Positions 1 to 12,397 of a stretch of DNA of 64,000 bases are shown here, in pieces. The notes beneath the pieces were generated by a model. The model was not told the origin of the DNA. It made no database searches and saw nothing but the letters and a program-made list of their open reading frames with translations. This DNA is from Octopus sinensis (taxonomy: Eukaryota), in NCBI RefSeq assembly GCF_006345805.1, contig NC_043013.1:2604001-2668000 (forward strand), read 5' to 3'. A program made the position numbers and the translations under genes. How positions within the stretch are numbered: the first letter of the stretch is position 1; every line of letters starts with the position of its first letter.

Positions 1-1
1 G

Positions 2-35
<34 letters not shown>

Positions 36-100
36 ATATATATCAATAGAGAGAGAGAGAGAGAGAGAGTGAGAAAGAGAGAGAGGTGTAAAGATAAAAA

Positions 101-392
101 CACCTTTTGGTCATGAATGACCAAGGGGTCGCACCTAGAAAGTTACCCTCCGAGGCACAAATCCAGTCAAGGTTGTTTATGGAAGACCAGCAGGCGTCCA
201 TGCATACCAGCCTCTCATCTCCACGCCATCGAATTCATCCAAGAGAAAGGCAAAGGCCGATACTTCTAAGTGAACTGGAACAACATGAAATAAAGTGTCT
301 TACTCAAGAACAGAACACACAGCCCGGTCCGAGAATCGAACTCGCTACCTCATGACTGTGAGCCCGGTGCTCTAACCACTGAACCATGCGTT
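101..392 (-). mobile_element. tRNA-derived SINE (family D)
   Basis: Minus strand starts cgcatggttcagtggttagagc...gagttcgattctc (pol III A/B-box-like head), followed by ttgagtaagacactttatttc body. Confidence 0.7.
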
Positions 393-775
393 TTCATTGA
401 ACCATGCGCCTGTGTGTGTGTGTGTGCGCGCGTGCGTATGTGTGTGTTCGTACCCATCCCCATCGCTTGCCAACCGGTGTTGGTGTGTTTACGTCCCCGT
501 AATTAAGCGTTTCGGTAAAAGAGTACCAGACTTAAGAAAAAAATCACTAGGGTCGATTCGATCGACTAAAAATTCTTCAAGGCAGTGCCCCAGTATGGCC
601 GCAGTCTAATGGGTGAAACACGTACAAGATAAGAAATTACTCTATCTACTCTGTCTATTCGCACCTTCGACAGTTACACGCTGTATTTATGCTGTTCACT
701 TCTACATTCTGTGTCTACCCATTCGATATGAAGACGCTGACTCTATTTAACTAATCAAAATTTGTACATATGACT

Positions 776-1339
776 CAGTGGTTCTCTATCAGATCCAGAT
801 AGTCCTTGGGGTTCTAGATGGCCCTTGGAAGTCCTTATAAGGTTTTTGCTGTTAAAATTGACTTCCAATAACTTGGTTATACTTTTAGAATATACAAAGT
901 ATTTCAACAATTTTTAAATGCAATTCCTAATAAATATTTAATTATAAAAATATAATGGGGCGTTTTAAAATATCGAATGGCTATGGAGGTCCAATAGAAT
1001 AAAATAGGAATCAAAAGAAGTCCAAAGGCCAGAATTGTGGAGGCACATGGCCTAGTGGCTAGAGCAGCGGACACGCGGTCCAGGGATCGCGGGTTCGAAT
1101 CTCAAACCGGGAGATGTGTGTGTTTATGAGCGAAACACCTAAGCTCCACGCGGCTCCGGCAGAAGGTAATGGCGAACTTCTGCTGACACTTTCGCCACAA
1201 CTTTCTCTCACTCTTTCCTCCTGCATCTTGCAGCTCACCTGCAACGGACCGGCGATGGAAACTGGGAAACCGGCCCTTGTGAGCCAGGTATGACTTGAGA
1301 AGGAACAAACAAAAGGCCAAAATTGGTTACGAACCACTA
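776..1339. mobile_element. hAT-type MITE interrupted by a SINE
   Basis: Ends cagtggttctc / gaaccacta; body similar to copies at 11081, 34156 and 46429; split by the SINE at 1038-1311. Confidence 0.6.
1038..1311 (+). mobile_element. tRNA-derived SINE (family C1) with 14-bp TSD
   Basis: tggcctagtggctagagc...gggttcgaatctc head, aacaaac tail; TSD aaaggccagaattg (1024-1037) / aaaggccaaaattg (1312-1325); same family as 12017-12317. Confidence 0.85.
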
Positions 1340-1524
1340 CTCTATGTAGTCGAAATCGACATGCCGTGCCTATCTATCCAACCGACGTCGCCACATTGCG
1401 TCTATTCTGACTGTCTACAGACCGTGTCTGCATCCCCAGTGATTATGGGCATGCTGTTTCTAATTAGTCGGTCAACGTCTACACCGTGTGCGTCTGTCTA
1501 CCCAGTGGAAGCCTGTATGATTTC

Positions 1525-1769
1525 TTTTAGTTTTTGCTTGTTTCAGTCATTTGACTGCGGCCATGCTGGGGTACAACACTGAAGAACTTTTAGTCAACTG
1601 AATCGATACGTGTTTTTCTTTTAAGCCTCGTAGTTCTTCTGTCAGTCTCTGTTGCCGAACTGCTAAGTTATGGGGGAGAAAACACACCAACACCAGTCGT
1701 CAAGCGGTGGCCGGGAGGAGGGCCAAACACAGACACAAAGACACACACCCATATATATATATACATTTG

Positions 1770-1816
<47 letters not shown>

Positions 1817-1830
1817 ATATCTATCTATCC

Positions 1831-1911
<81 letters not shown>

Positions 1912-2405
1912 GAGGCGCAATGGCCCAGTGGTTAGGGCAGCGGACTCGCGGTCGTAGGATCGCGGCTTCGATTCCCAGACCGGGCGTTGTGTGTGTTTAT
2001 TGAGTGAAAACACCTAAAAGATCCACGAGGCTCCAGCAGGGGGGGGGGGTGATCCCTGCTGTACTCTTTCACCACTCTTTCTCTCACTCTTCTGTTGGCC
2101 TGCTCGCTTAGCCAGCGGGGTGGCGTCATTCGAAGGCTAAAACAATGCGAAGCGCACTGTGACCAGCGATGTGTAGCAACATCTGATGGTCTGGTCGGTC
2201 ACATGATGATGATATATATATATATATTTATACACACACACACACACACTTTTACATATACGACGAGCTTCTTTCAGTTTCGATCTACCAAATCCTTTCA
2301 CAAGGCTTTGGTTGACCCAGTGCTATAGTAGAAGATGCCACGCAGTGAGACTGAAACCGAAACCATGTGGTTAGGAAACAAGCGGCTTACCACACGGCCA
2401 CGCAT
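1525..2405 (-). mobile_element. SINE family A with expanded internal microsatellite and nested SINE
   Basis: 3' half at 1525-1745 and 5' half at 2255-2405 match other family-A copies; central (CTAT)n/(AT)n hosts the SINE at 1908-2211. Confidence 0.75.
1908..2211 (+). mobile_element. tRNA-derived SINE (family C2: head shared with C1, different tail)
   Basis: ggaggcgcaatggcccagtggttagggcagcggactcgcggtc...gcttcgattccc head; (GAT)n tail; inserted in (AT)n. Confidence 0.8.
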
Positions 2406-2844
2406 ATAGATATCAGTACACAGGCATGAAAAGTTGAATTTGCTCCGTTTTTTTAAGCCCTTTTCAATATTTGATAACTTGAAGGATTTCCTTGAAGCTG
2501 TATCAGGCTTACTCAGATCAAAAGAACACTATGAGAACCAGTGACTAAAATTGCCAGCTGGAGCAGCGTCAGATATTTCATTATGGAATTAGTTACTAGT
2601 TGGAGTATGCAAATTTAAAATTGTTCGGGGAGTGAAAATAATTATTTCATATTTTGGTACACGGCCAGCAATTTTAGAGGGAGGGGGCTCGGTCATTTAC
2701 ATCAACTCAATACTTGACTGGTACCATATTTTATGAAATCCGTAAAGATGAAAGACAAAGTTGACTTCGGCAGGAATTCGGAACGTATAGTGCCGAAAGA
2801 AATGCCGTTATTTTTTTTCGATGTGCAAACGATTCTATCAGTTC

Positions 2845-3250
2845 CCTCGTTTCGAAAATAGTAAAACCATTTTCATTATCTTGTTTCCGTACATATTCTT
2901 TATGTCTAGTTGTCATTCGTAGCTCATTTAGAATATTCTTTGCGCTTCTGCGGAATCAAGGCTTCTATTCTTTTCTTTTATATTTTCTGAAGACTACCAG
3001 CAGCTACTCGTAGAAAGTTCTAAGTCGATGTCTATTCGTACGAGTGAGCTGTATTTCTCAACATTATAGAGACTGTCTTTTCCACTTCAGTGCGTGTTGA
3101 TCTTGGTGCGTGATTGTGGTCAGTTGGCTGCTTTTGAATTTTATTTCTGTCAGTAGACATCCGACGTCTTGACTCTAACGTATGAAAAGCCATTAAGAAT
3201 TAGCCGACGTTTTCCGTTTCTACTCAATGCAAACTTCGTTTCACCTATGG
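2845..3250 (-). mobile_element. MULE/Mutator-like transposase remnant (FLYWCH-like N-terminus)
   Basis: Minus-strand translations FALSRNGKRRLILNGFSYVRVK, QPTDHNHAP...EVEK, TTRHKEYVRKQDNENGFTIFET; stops and frameshifts present. Confidence 0.55.
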
Positions 3251-4065
3251 CTAAAAATAATCGATATCCAACAGGCACATGTTGTAGACGTAATGAATTT
3301 TGTGTCGTATTTTCTGTTGGATTGATCGGAAGTTTTGATGTCCGCAAAATTATACTCAACAATAATTACAAATCACATGACTTTGGAGAGAAATCTACAA
3401 AATAACATTGATAAAATTATTTGGCAATCATCTATTTTAATGTGTGCTTCAGTCAGAAATAAAATTTGAAAACAGACATTTTTGAAAAACAAGACGTTGA
3501 AACGCAAACAATGAATTGTATCTAGTTTCTGTTTATACCTTATTTTTGAAAATTCTACCTAAAGTTTGAGGTACAACAAATACACATACACACGAACACA
3601 CACGCATACACAAACACAAGCGCGCGCGTACCCCCCCCCCCAAAAAAAAAAAACACATACACATGCAAGCTCACACACACGCACACACACACACTGTTAA
3701 GTGTATTGAATTATGAAAATTTGGTTTGTAATAGAAAAACAACGGAATCATAAAAATTTCAGAAAAACGGACATCGTTAGACTAAAAGGAAAAAAAAAAA
3801 TAGGGTTCAGGAATGATGATATTCTTAGCTGAACCAGGAAAAGAACAAAACAAAAGGAAGTGGAAACATAGGATGTTACAACTGAAGTTGGAATTCAAAT
3901 AAGGAAAAAAAATGTTTCATTCAAATGTAAAAGTATGTTCTCTATTTAAATTTTAAATCCATACCCCGCCCAGCAAAGAAAACTTATTTCATGGAGCTTC
4001 CATGTAAAATGAAATAGGGTCGGTAATGGCAGGGAGTAGAAGCACTTTTATATGGTTAAGATGTC

Positions 4066-4635
4066 AGAGCTGGCAGAAACGTTAGCGCGCCGGGAGAAAT
4101 GCTTAACGGTATATAAGTCCTGAGGTCGATTTGCTCGAGTAAAGGCGGTGCTCCAGCATGGCCACAGTCAAATGACTGAAACAAGTAAAATAGTAAACAT
4201 CACAGTACATATATTACAGTAAACAAAGAAAGTGGGTATTAGTCGATAACATCGGTCACGCCGGGCGAAATACTTAGCGGTATTTCGTCTGCCGTTACTT
4301 TCTGAGTTCAAATTCCGCCGAGGTCGACTTTGCCTTTCATCCTTTCGGGGTCGATAAATTAAGTACCAGTTACGCACTGGGGTCGATGTAATCGACTTAA
4401 TACCTATGTCTGTCCTTGTTTGTCCCCTCTGTGTTTAGCCCCTTGTGGGTAATAAAGAAATAGGTATTTCGTCTGCCCCTACTTTCTGAGTTCAAATTCC
4501 GCCGAGGTCGACTTTGCCTTTCATCCTTTCGGGGTCGATAAATAAAGTACTAGTTTCGTACTGGAGTCGATGTAATCGACTTAATCTCTTTGTCCCCTCT
4601 ATGTTTAGCCCCTTGTGGGCAGTAAAGAAAAGTAA
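4066..4635 (+). mobile_element. SINE family B composite (B head / A tail + linker / B / B)
   Basis: Repeated gagttcaaattccgccgaggtcgactttgcctttcatcctttcggggtcgat core; 4113-4298 is identical to the reverse complement of 44390-44575. Confidence 0.85.
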
Positions 4636-5492
4636 GATGTAGTTTGTCATCCAAAGTTTAAAAATCCTCAGTATCTTCGTCTTGTGTTTTTCAATCATAG
4701 CTGGGTCGATATTCAGAAATATGTGCCCATCTATGAAGCAAGTGTGACCAGGCGGTAGCATGATGTTTAATTAAAAAAATAATGAGATAAAAGGTGTTTT
4801 GGTTTGAAGGGTGAATCTACCTTCCCTCACTAAAAATAATAATTTTAAAAAAAATGCAAATTTATTCCAACTAGAGACAAACTGATTTTGAATCTGGATT
4901 TTCAAAGATTGCCATGAAGCTCTGAAAATCCAACACTTTTAGGTTCTTGAGACCCTACACTCTTGCTTCCAACTCTCATGGCTTCTATAAAGCTTGACCA
5001 ACAAATTCCTTTTCTCTAAAGGACACAAATTTTAATTTATCTTCATCGGACTCAGCATAAACCAATAATTATGATCTCGTTTAGATATGCATGTGAGAGG
5101 ATGCCGTGACGAGAAATGGTCATTCAAATTTTAGTACATTTGCCAACATGCTGCCCAAGTGTAGCCTAGTCTTCCTTTTAATCTTTACCCTCTTTTTTTC
5201 CCATCCAAACCCACTCAAAACATTATTTAAATTCAAATTCCGACTTCTGCAGCAATATTTTAAAGCGTCGTATCCTATATTTTCCAGGTTCAGTTAATTA
5301 AGAATATTTTCGAATCTACTCTCGCATTTTTCCTGCGAGTCCACCCTTGTTACAGACAACAACGTTTTTCAGCCCCAAAATAATTGCTATTGACACAAAA
5401 TTTAAACAGTAGAAAAAATAAATTGCTGAAATTTAAAAAAGAAAATTTAAATTAGAGTGAAAATGTAAACTTTAAAAATGATAATAAGTAAT

Positions 5493-5862
5493 AGGCGCAG
5501 GAGTGGCTGTGTGGTAAGTAGCTTGCTTACCAACCACATGGTTCCGGGTTTCTGTCCCACTGCGTGGCACCTTGGGCAAGTGTCTTCTACTATAGCCACG
5601 GGCCAACCAAAGCCTTGTGAGTGGATTTGGTAGACGGAAACCGAAAGAAGCCCGTCGTATATATATATGCGTGTGTGTGTTTGTGTGTCTGTGTTTGTCC
5701 CCCTAGCATTGCTTGACACACCGATGCTGTGTGTTTATGTCCCCGTTACTTAGCAGTTCGGCAAAAGAGACCGATAGAATAAGTACTGGACTTACAAAAG
5801 AATAGGAATTGACTGCATGGCCGCAGTCAAATGACTGAAACAAGTAAAAGAGTAAAGAGTAA
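5493..5862 (+). mobile_element. SINE family A, near full length
   Basis: ggcgcaggagtggctgtgtggtaag tRNA-like head, internal (TA)/(TG) microsatellite, gactgaaacaagtaaaagag tail. Confidence 0.85.
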
Positions 5863-5990
5863 ATTGTGTAAAAATGCCTCGACACACAAAGGAGAAAACT
5901 TGCCAATAGAGAGAGCTGCCGAAGAGTTGAATGCCGCAAAGTCAGATAGCACAGCAGCAAATATAAGTCGAACAACTTGAAGCGAACACA

Positions 5991-6202
5991 GTCTGATCAC
6001 GTTTATATCCCCAGGAAACACCTTCGGCACCCAACGAGACCTTTCATATTATCAGGCCCGAGGTGTAATTGAGACCACCATGAGAAGCAAAGCATCAGAT
6101 GGTCAGTTTGGTGGTGCCTTGGATGTTGTCCTGTAGAACCTTGTAATGGCATTTGGTTCTTCTCTCGTCCAGTTCTTTGCAGTCCGTGCCGCATCCAGTC
6201 AT
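5991..6202 (-). pseudogene. H4: Histone H4 pseudogene fragment
   Basis: Translates MTGCGTDCKELDERRTKCHYKVLQDNIQGTTKLTI*CFASHGGLNYTSGLI...(fs)PKVF..NVIR, colinear with H4 [51 protein letters not shown]...LKVFLENVIR; has a stop and frameshifts. Confidence 0.8.
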
Positions 6203-7257
6203 GCGGATCGAGAGGAGGCTGATAGATAAACAACAGAAGAAGGAGATAACGAGATAAACAGTTATGTAATTATTTAAAAAAAAAATTCAGAAATAATTTT
6301 TATATAATCCGTAAAATTTAAAAAGAAAAACATCTTGAATTATTTTTTTGTTCTATAGGCATTCAAATCAAAGAAGTACTTTTAAAATCATTTAAATAAA
6401 AATAATATTTCATATAATAGATTTCGCAAGGATAAATTGCTATCACCCAATTCTATTAATTTATTAAATTTTAATATATTTGATTAGTTTTTACCAAGTC
6501 TAATTCACAATTCTAAATTTGGTTCTAAGCAATTGTATTTATTATTTTAATTATTAATTATTTGTATTGATTACTTTATACTGTTTGGTACGGAAATAAA
6601 CATCGGAAACGAATCTTGGCCAAACGATTAAAAGATAGATCCTATTTTGAAATCGACAAGTGACAAATACAATTTAATGAGCTTAAATTGGCGTATTTAT
6701 GATTTAAATGTACGAATAATCTTATTCTCAGACTTTTGGCATTTTAAAAATTCCTAAATAAAGAATGATATTTTTTGCACCAAAATTTGCATCTAAAACC
6801 ACTATTTCTGCACCTAAAATTCGCTCTCCGCATATGATTTATTTAATACACATACTTCTAAAATACTGGAAAACTTTGAGCTCCAAACACGCATCCAAGT
6901 CATTATCGAACATGGACTGGAAAAACTGCAGTAAATATGACAAAAAAATACATCACAGCGTCATTTCTTGGATAAGATAACCATTTAGATAAAATGATTT
7001 CAATGAAACAAATCTAATTCTGTAAACCTCGTCAGAACTGATGCAGAAGAAAATTGTGGGACAAAAATGAGTTATATTTGATCTGATGAACTAACTTCTT
7101 TCTTTGCATTGTATTATATAATGCATAACATTCATATTAGTGGAAACATAGCTTTATTCTATGCGGAGATTATGACTGCTGTAACCCTAAGAATGTGAAG
7201 TGACGAAATAAATATATTCATTTCTCATTGCTCGAACATTTTATCATATATGTATAT

Positions 7258-7592
7258 CTTTTATCTTTTACTTGTTTCAGCCATTTGACTGCGGTTATGC
7301 TGGTGCACCGCCTTGGAGAATTTTTAGTCGAATGGAATTGACCCCAGAACTTACTTTTTAAAGTCTGGTACTTATTTTATCGGCTTCATTTGTCGAACCA
7401 CTAAGTTACGGGGACATAAACGCACCGATACCGTTTATCAAGAGGTGGCGGGACACAAACACAGATATAAGCACACAGACACACACTCACACACACACAC
7501 ATACGACGGGCTTCTTTCAGTTTCTGTCTATCAAATTCACTCACAAGGCTTTGGTCTGCCCGAAGACACTTGCCCAAAGTACCACGCAGTGG
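7258..7592 (-). mobile_element. SINE family A, 5'-truncated
   Basis: ttttacttgtttcagccatttgactgcgg ... acgacgggcttctttcagtttc match. Confidence 0.75.
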
Positions 7593-7619
7593 ATATATAA
7601 ATATATATACATTGATAAA

Positions 7620-7693
<74 letters not shown>

Positions 7694-7711
7694 TGTATGT
7701 ATATATGTATG

Positions 7712-7755
<44 letters not shown>

Positions 7756-7766
7756 CATACATACAT

Positions 7767-7852
<86 letters not shown>

Positions 7853-7898
7853 ACATATATGCATGTATGTATGAATGTGTGTGTATATATATATATAT

Positions 7899-8600
7899 AT
7901 TAATCAATATAGGGTGGCAAAAAATTTTGTAGAATTTTTTTGCCACCAGCGGCCTAGTGGGAAAAAATTAAATAGTCATAGACCATTTATAAGTTCAACA
8001 TCAACAATCAAGGAACGGCCATAATAGGCCATTCACCCACTAGAAATAACAGCCAAAGCTTCAACCGCAAAATAACATTAATTCCGCAAACCAGGAGAAA
8101 ATTAAAAAACATTTACCCTGTAATTTCTTATACGATGCACCGTTTCATCTACTGTTTAATGGTAAACTAACCTGATTAAATTAAATCAAGCCAATCTTCC
8201 ATAGGCCCTTAGATTCGTCAGTAAGAAATAGCCAGATCGGAACAGATATTTTCACGAGGCATTTCTGTCCCTGCCTCGGCAATATCTGACCTAAAATTTT
8301 CAAATCATCGCACTCGCGCCAAATTTATCGGCAGCAAATAAATATAAGCCGCCGATTCCATTACGGAATCAACCAGAAAATTCATAATTAATCAATATAG
8401 GGTGGCAAAAAATTTTGTAGAATTTTTTTGCCACCAGCGGCCTAGTGGGAAAAAATTAAATAGTCATAGACCATTTATACAGGGTAAATGTTTTTTAATT
8501 TTCTCCTGGTTTGCGGAATTAATGTTATTTTGCGGTTGAAGCTTTGGCTGTTATTTCTAGTGGGTGAATGGCCTATTATGGCCGTTTCTTGATTGTTGAT
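7899..8600 (-). mobile_element. Non-coding Penelope-like pseudo-LTR insert (direct + inverted repeats, hammerhead)
   Basis: 93-bp identical direct repeat 7899-7991/8387-8479; 121-bp inverted repeat 8000-8120/8480-8600 (1 mismatch); internal hammerhead; (AT)n on both flanks. Confidence 0.8.
8123..8229 (-). ncRNA. Type I hammerhead ribozyme, core intact
   Basis: Minus strand: ATTTCTTA-CTGACGA-ATCTA...TAGAT-GAAA-CGGTGCATCG-TA-TAAGAAAT; 8-bp stem I, 5-bp stem II, near-palindromic stem III, GUA cleavage triplet. Confidence 0.85.
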
Positions 8601-8620
8601 ATATATATATATAGATATAT

Positions 8621-8654
<34 letters not shown>

Positions 8655-9589
8655 ATATATATACACACATATATATGTATATATGCATGTGTATGTATAT
8701 ATACATCCGTGTGTGTGTGCGTGTGTGTGTGTATGTGTATTGCGAGTGATTATATTAAACCATTTATGGCAGAAGCGCAGTGCCCAGTGATGGGCGGGGT
8801 TACAAATTGAACCTTTATTAATTGTACAACAGATACAAATCTTCTTTCTTAATATTACATAATCAGGAGATAAGTATGTGTTAAATTCCATCAAAGTTTT
8901 GGTGAAGGAAGGTTTATCTATAAATCAGATGAAGTGTCTTTAAATGAGTGACGGTAGCAGCATTGTGCAAGAAGATATTTCAAATACTTTAGTGCAGGCC
9001 CAAACTTTGTTTGTATGGTTGATCGGGATTTTGGGTGATGAGACATCTTTGGATCAAGAACAAGAAGACCTTGATTTGCTCCGCATCCTTTCTTAAGCAC
9101 AGATGCCATGTTTCGTCATTAAACTGGTACCACCCTATTATTGTTTCTGGCGCCGCCAAGTCAGCTCTGACTGAGGAGACTTATAGTTAAAAACATTTTA
9201 GCGTTGAACATATATATTTTGTATATCAAGGACTACATTTTCCAGTAAATCATTTTCTTTTCAGGACAGTAGAGAGAATTTGAAGGAATTTCGCAGCTAT
9301 TTCTAGCTGGTCGAGTCATCATAGACTCCCTCTACCTCGTTTAGTATTTGTAGAGTGAGATGGCATTAGATGTGCATTGTTCATGAATAGCGTAATTCCT
9401 AAAGGTTGAATGAAAGTATGCACGTCTCCTTATCCTAGTCAACGTCTAAGATTGTATTGTTCAGGATTAGATGTGGATTTGTAAATCTACAGACGTGAGA
9501 TATATTATCGGTTAAAGATATCGCAGTCGTTAGTGATTCAGAGAAGCCGAGTATCAGTGACCAGGTCTTAAGGAAAGACCCTGATATAA

Positions 9590-9930
9590 CAGTTTCAAAT
9601 CTTGGAACAAAGCTAGTAATTTTAAGGGAGGGGAAAATCGATTATATCGATCTCAATGTTCGACTGGTACTTATTTTATCGATCCTGAAAGGGTGAAAGG
9701 CAAGTCGAACTTGGCGGAATTTGAACTCAGAACGTAAAGAGCTCGCCGTCAGTTTGATACCAACTGATGGCTTCAAATGTATGTACAAGGCTAGCAATTT
9801 CGAGAGGAGGGGTAAAATCGAATACACGGACCCCCTAGTGCTCAGCTAGTACCTATTTTATTGATCTCGAAAGGATGAAAGGCAAAGTCGGCCTCGGCGG
9901 AATTTGAACTCAGAACGAAAAGACGGGCGA
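9590..9930 (-). mobile_element. Two diverged SINE family B copies
   Basis: gaaaggcaaagtcg..ctcggcggaatttgaactcagaacg core occurs twice. Confidence 0.75.
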
Positions 9931-11080
9931 AGTGTCCTTGATACCTAATAATGTAAGATAATATCAATAATAGAACTAAAATGGATATATGATTGTGTAT
10001 TTTCAGTGGCTACAAAATCCCGGTCACGATGCAAATCTCTTAAGATAGAGTATGAACTTAATATATGAAGAAGGAACACGTTTTAATGGAAAATTCCGAA
10101 TATTTAGGAAGTCTTGGAGATAAATATTCAAATAAAGATAAAGAATGAGATAAGAAAATTGGTTCACATACACGCACGCACGCACACACAGACACACACA
10201 CACACACACACACAAACCGATACAAACACACACACACACACACACAAACACTCACACTCGCGCACGTTGCCACTTGCACGCGCGCGCATACAGACACACG
10301 CACGGACGCACGGATACACACACACACACACATGTACAATTAGAAATAAAATTAATGTAAAAAAATATCCACTAACTCAGTTTCCAGGCATGGAAACTAA
10401 ATGGAGAATTAAAGTAAACAAATATATGATAATTTTATGCTTATGAAAGGAATTTCTCTTAAACGAAAGAAAAATAAACATGATTTTTCTCTCCTCTTGT
10501 TTTGTTAAGACATTCTTTGAATTCCTGCAGCTTCCTTCCGTAAGAAAATCTCTTAAAAATAAGAGATACAACTGAGTATTTTCATTTCATGCAATAAATA
10601 TTAATAACTTGATGCAGCCATTCGACGTCTCTTGCTGTGTTTATTTATCCAACTGACGTCGACACACTGTGTCTACCTGTCTAGTCGATGTCTACTTTGT
10701 ATCTATCTATCTATCTAGCCGATGTCTACAGTGTATATTTATGTAGTCGACGTCCTCTCATACTATCTGTCTAATGATGTCTAAACACTGGGACTACCTA
10801 TCCAGCCGATGCCTACACAGTGTCTATCTATCTAGCCGATGTCTACACTGTGTCTATCTGTGTAGCCAATGTCTACACACAGTGTCTATCTAACCGAACC
10901 ATTGTGTCTATTTAATCGACGTCTGCACACTATGACTATCTCACCAAAGTCTATACATCATCGACCTCAGCGACGCCTAAACTTGTGTCTATCAAGCAGA
11001 CGTCAACACACCTATCTATTTACCCGACATCTACACAGGATCTATCAACCTAACTGATAACAGTCACTATCTACCTAACC

Positions 11081-11819
11081 TAGTGGTTTTCAACCGTTTT
11101 TTTTTTTTACCTATGGACCCTTTTCATTATTATTTTATTCTGGTGAAGCTCCATAGCCATTTAATGTTGAAAAACTAGTTTTATAGAAACTTTTTTCAAA
11201 ATTCCTATTTTGTTTTTCACACATTAACTTGTATAGATTCAATTATGTAAAATGGTAGAGAAAGAAATGTAGCTGTTACTTACAAGAAATACATCTCTCT
11301 TTTACTCTCTTTTACTTGTTTCAGTCATTTGACTGTGGCCATGCTGAAGCACCGCCTTTAGTCGAGCAAATCGACCCCGGGACTTATTCTTTGTAAGCCT
11401 AGTACTTATTATATCGGTCTCTTTTGTCGAACCGCTAAGTTACAGGAACATAAACACACCAGCATCGGTTGTCAAGCGATGTTGGGGGGACAAACACAGA
11501 CAGACAAACATATACACACACACATATATATATATACATATATACGACGGGCTTCTTTCAGTTTCCATCTACCAAATCCACTCACAAGGCTTTGGTCGGC
11601 ACGAGGCTATAGTAGAAGACACTTGCCTAAGGTGCCACGCAGTGGGACTGAACCCGAAACCATGTGGTTGGTAAGCAAGCTACTTACCACACAGCCACTC
11701 CTGCGCCTATATGAAATTTTTTTTCACAGACCCTTAATATAGTACTGTGGTTCCCCAGTTTACTATTTTGCTTGCGTGGACCACCAAAATCTTCTGTGGA
11801 CCCCATTTGGGAATCACTG
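11081..11819. mobile_element. hAT (Buster-like) MITE with 8-bp TSD
   Basis: TIRs tagtggttttcaa / ttgggaatcactg; TSD acctaacc (11073-11080) / acataacc (11820-11827) with central TA; contains a nested SINE A. Confidence 0.8.
11296..11709 (-). mobile_element. SINE family A, full length, nested in MITE
   Basis: Complete head (cctgcgcc at 11700-11708) to ctcttttac tail. Confidence 0.9.
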
Positions 11820-12016
11820 ACATAACCGATACCCTGTATCAATTTGTCTAGCCGACATCCCTACACTGTATCTATTTAGATGATGTCTACACAGTGTCTA
11901 TCTCAACAATCGTTTCTACACACTGTGATAGCATCCACTAAACATCTACACACTTCTTTAACTACTCTAGCATCATTTACATTCTGCGCCAATCTATTCT
12001 CTTCAATCAACATCCG

Positions 12017-12317
12017 TAGATGCACATGGCCTAGTGGTTAGAGCAGCGGACTCGCGGTCGAGGGATCGCGGGTTCGATTCTCAAACCGGGCAATGTGTGT
12101 GTTTATGAGCGAAATACCTGAGCTCCACGCGGCTCCGGCAGAAGGTAAAGGCGAACTTCTGCTGACTCTTTCGCCACAACTTTCTCTCACTCTTTCTTCC
12201 TGCATCTTGAAGCTCACCTGCGACGGACCGGCGTCCCGTCCAGGCGGGGAACCTATACGCCAAGGAAACCGGAAACCGGCCCTTATGAGCCCGGCGTGGC
12301 TCGAGAAGGAACAAACA
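12017..12317 (+). mobile_element. tRNA-derived SINE (family C1) with 12-bp TSD
   Basis: TSD aatcaacatccg at 12005-12016 and 12318-12329; tRNA-like head. Confidence 0.9.
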
Positions 12318-12397
12318 AATCAACATCCGCATACTGATTCAGTCTACGTTCAGTAAACATAAACTCAGTCAACAAGAGTCCAATTAATATTTACCTG

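Larger units (their letters stand above)
10620..11990 (+). repeat. Degenerate ~30-bp minisatellite (tctagccgatgtctacactgtgtctatcta)
   Basis: Clear consecutive 30-bp units at 10801-10890; decayed units on both sides; interrupted by the MITE at 11081-11819. Confidence 0.75.

Noticed and set aside
10801-10890. Regular 30-bp repeats suggesting CRISPR
   Set aside because: Contiguous tandem units without unique spacers; eukaryotic context
12020-12095. tRNA-like sequences (also at 1040, 1910 and 320-390)
   Set aside because: SINE heads followed by SINE bodies (TSDs at 1038 and 12017); not tRNA genes
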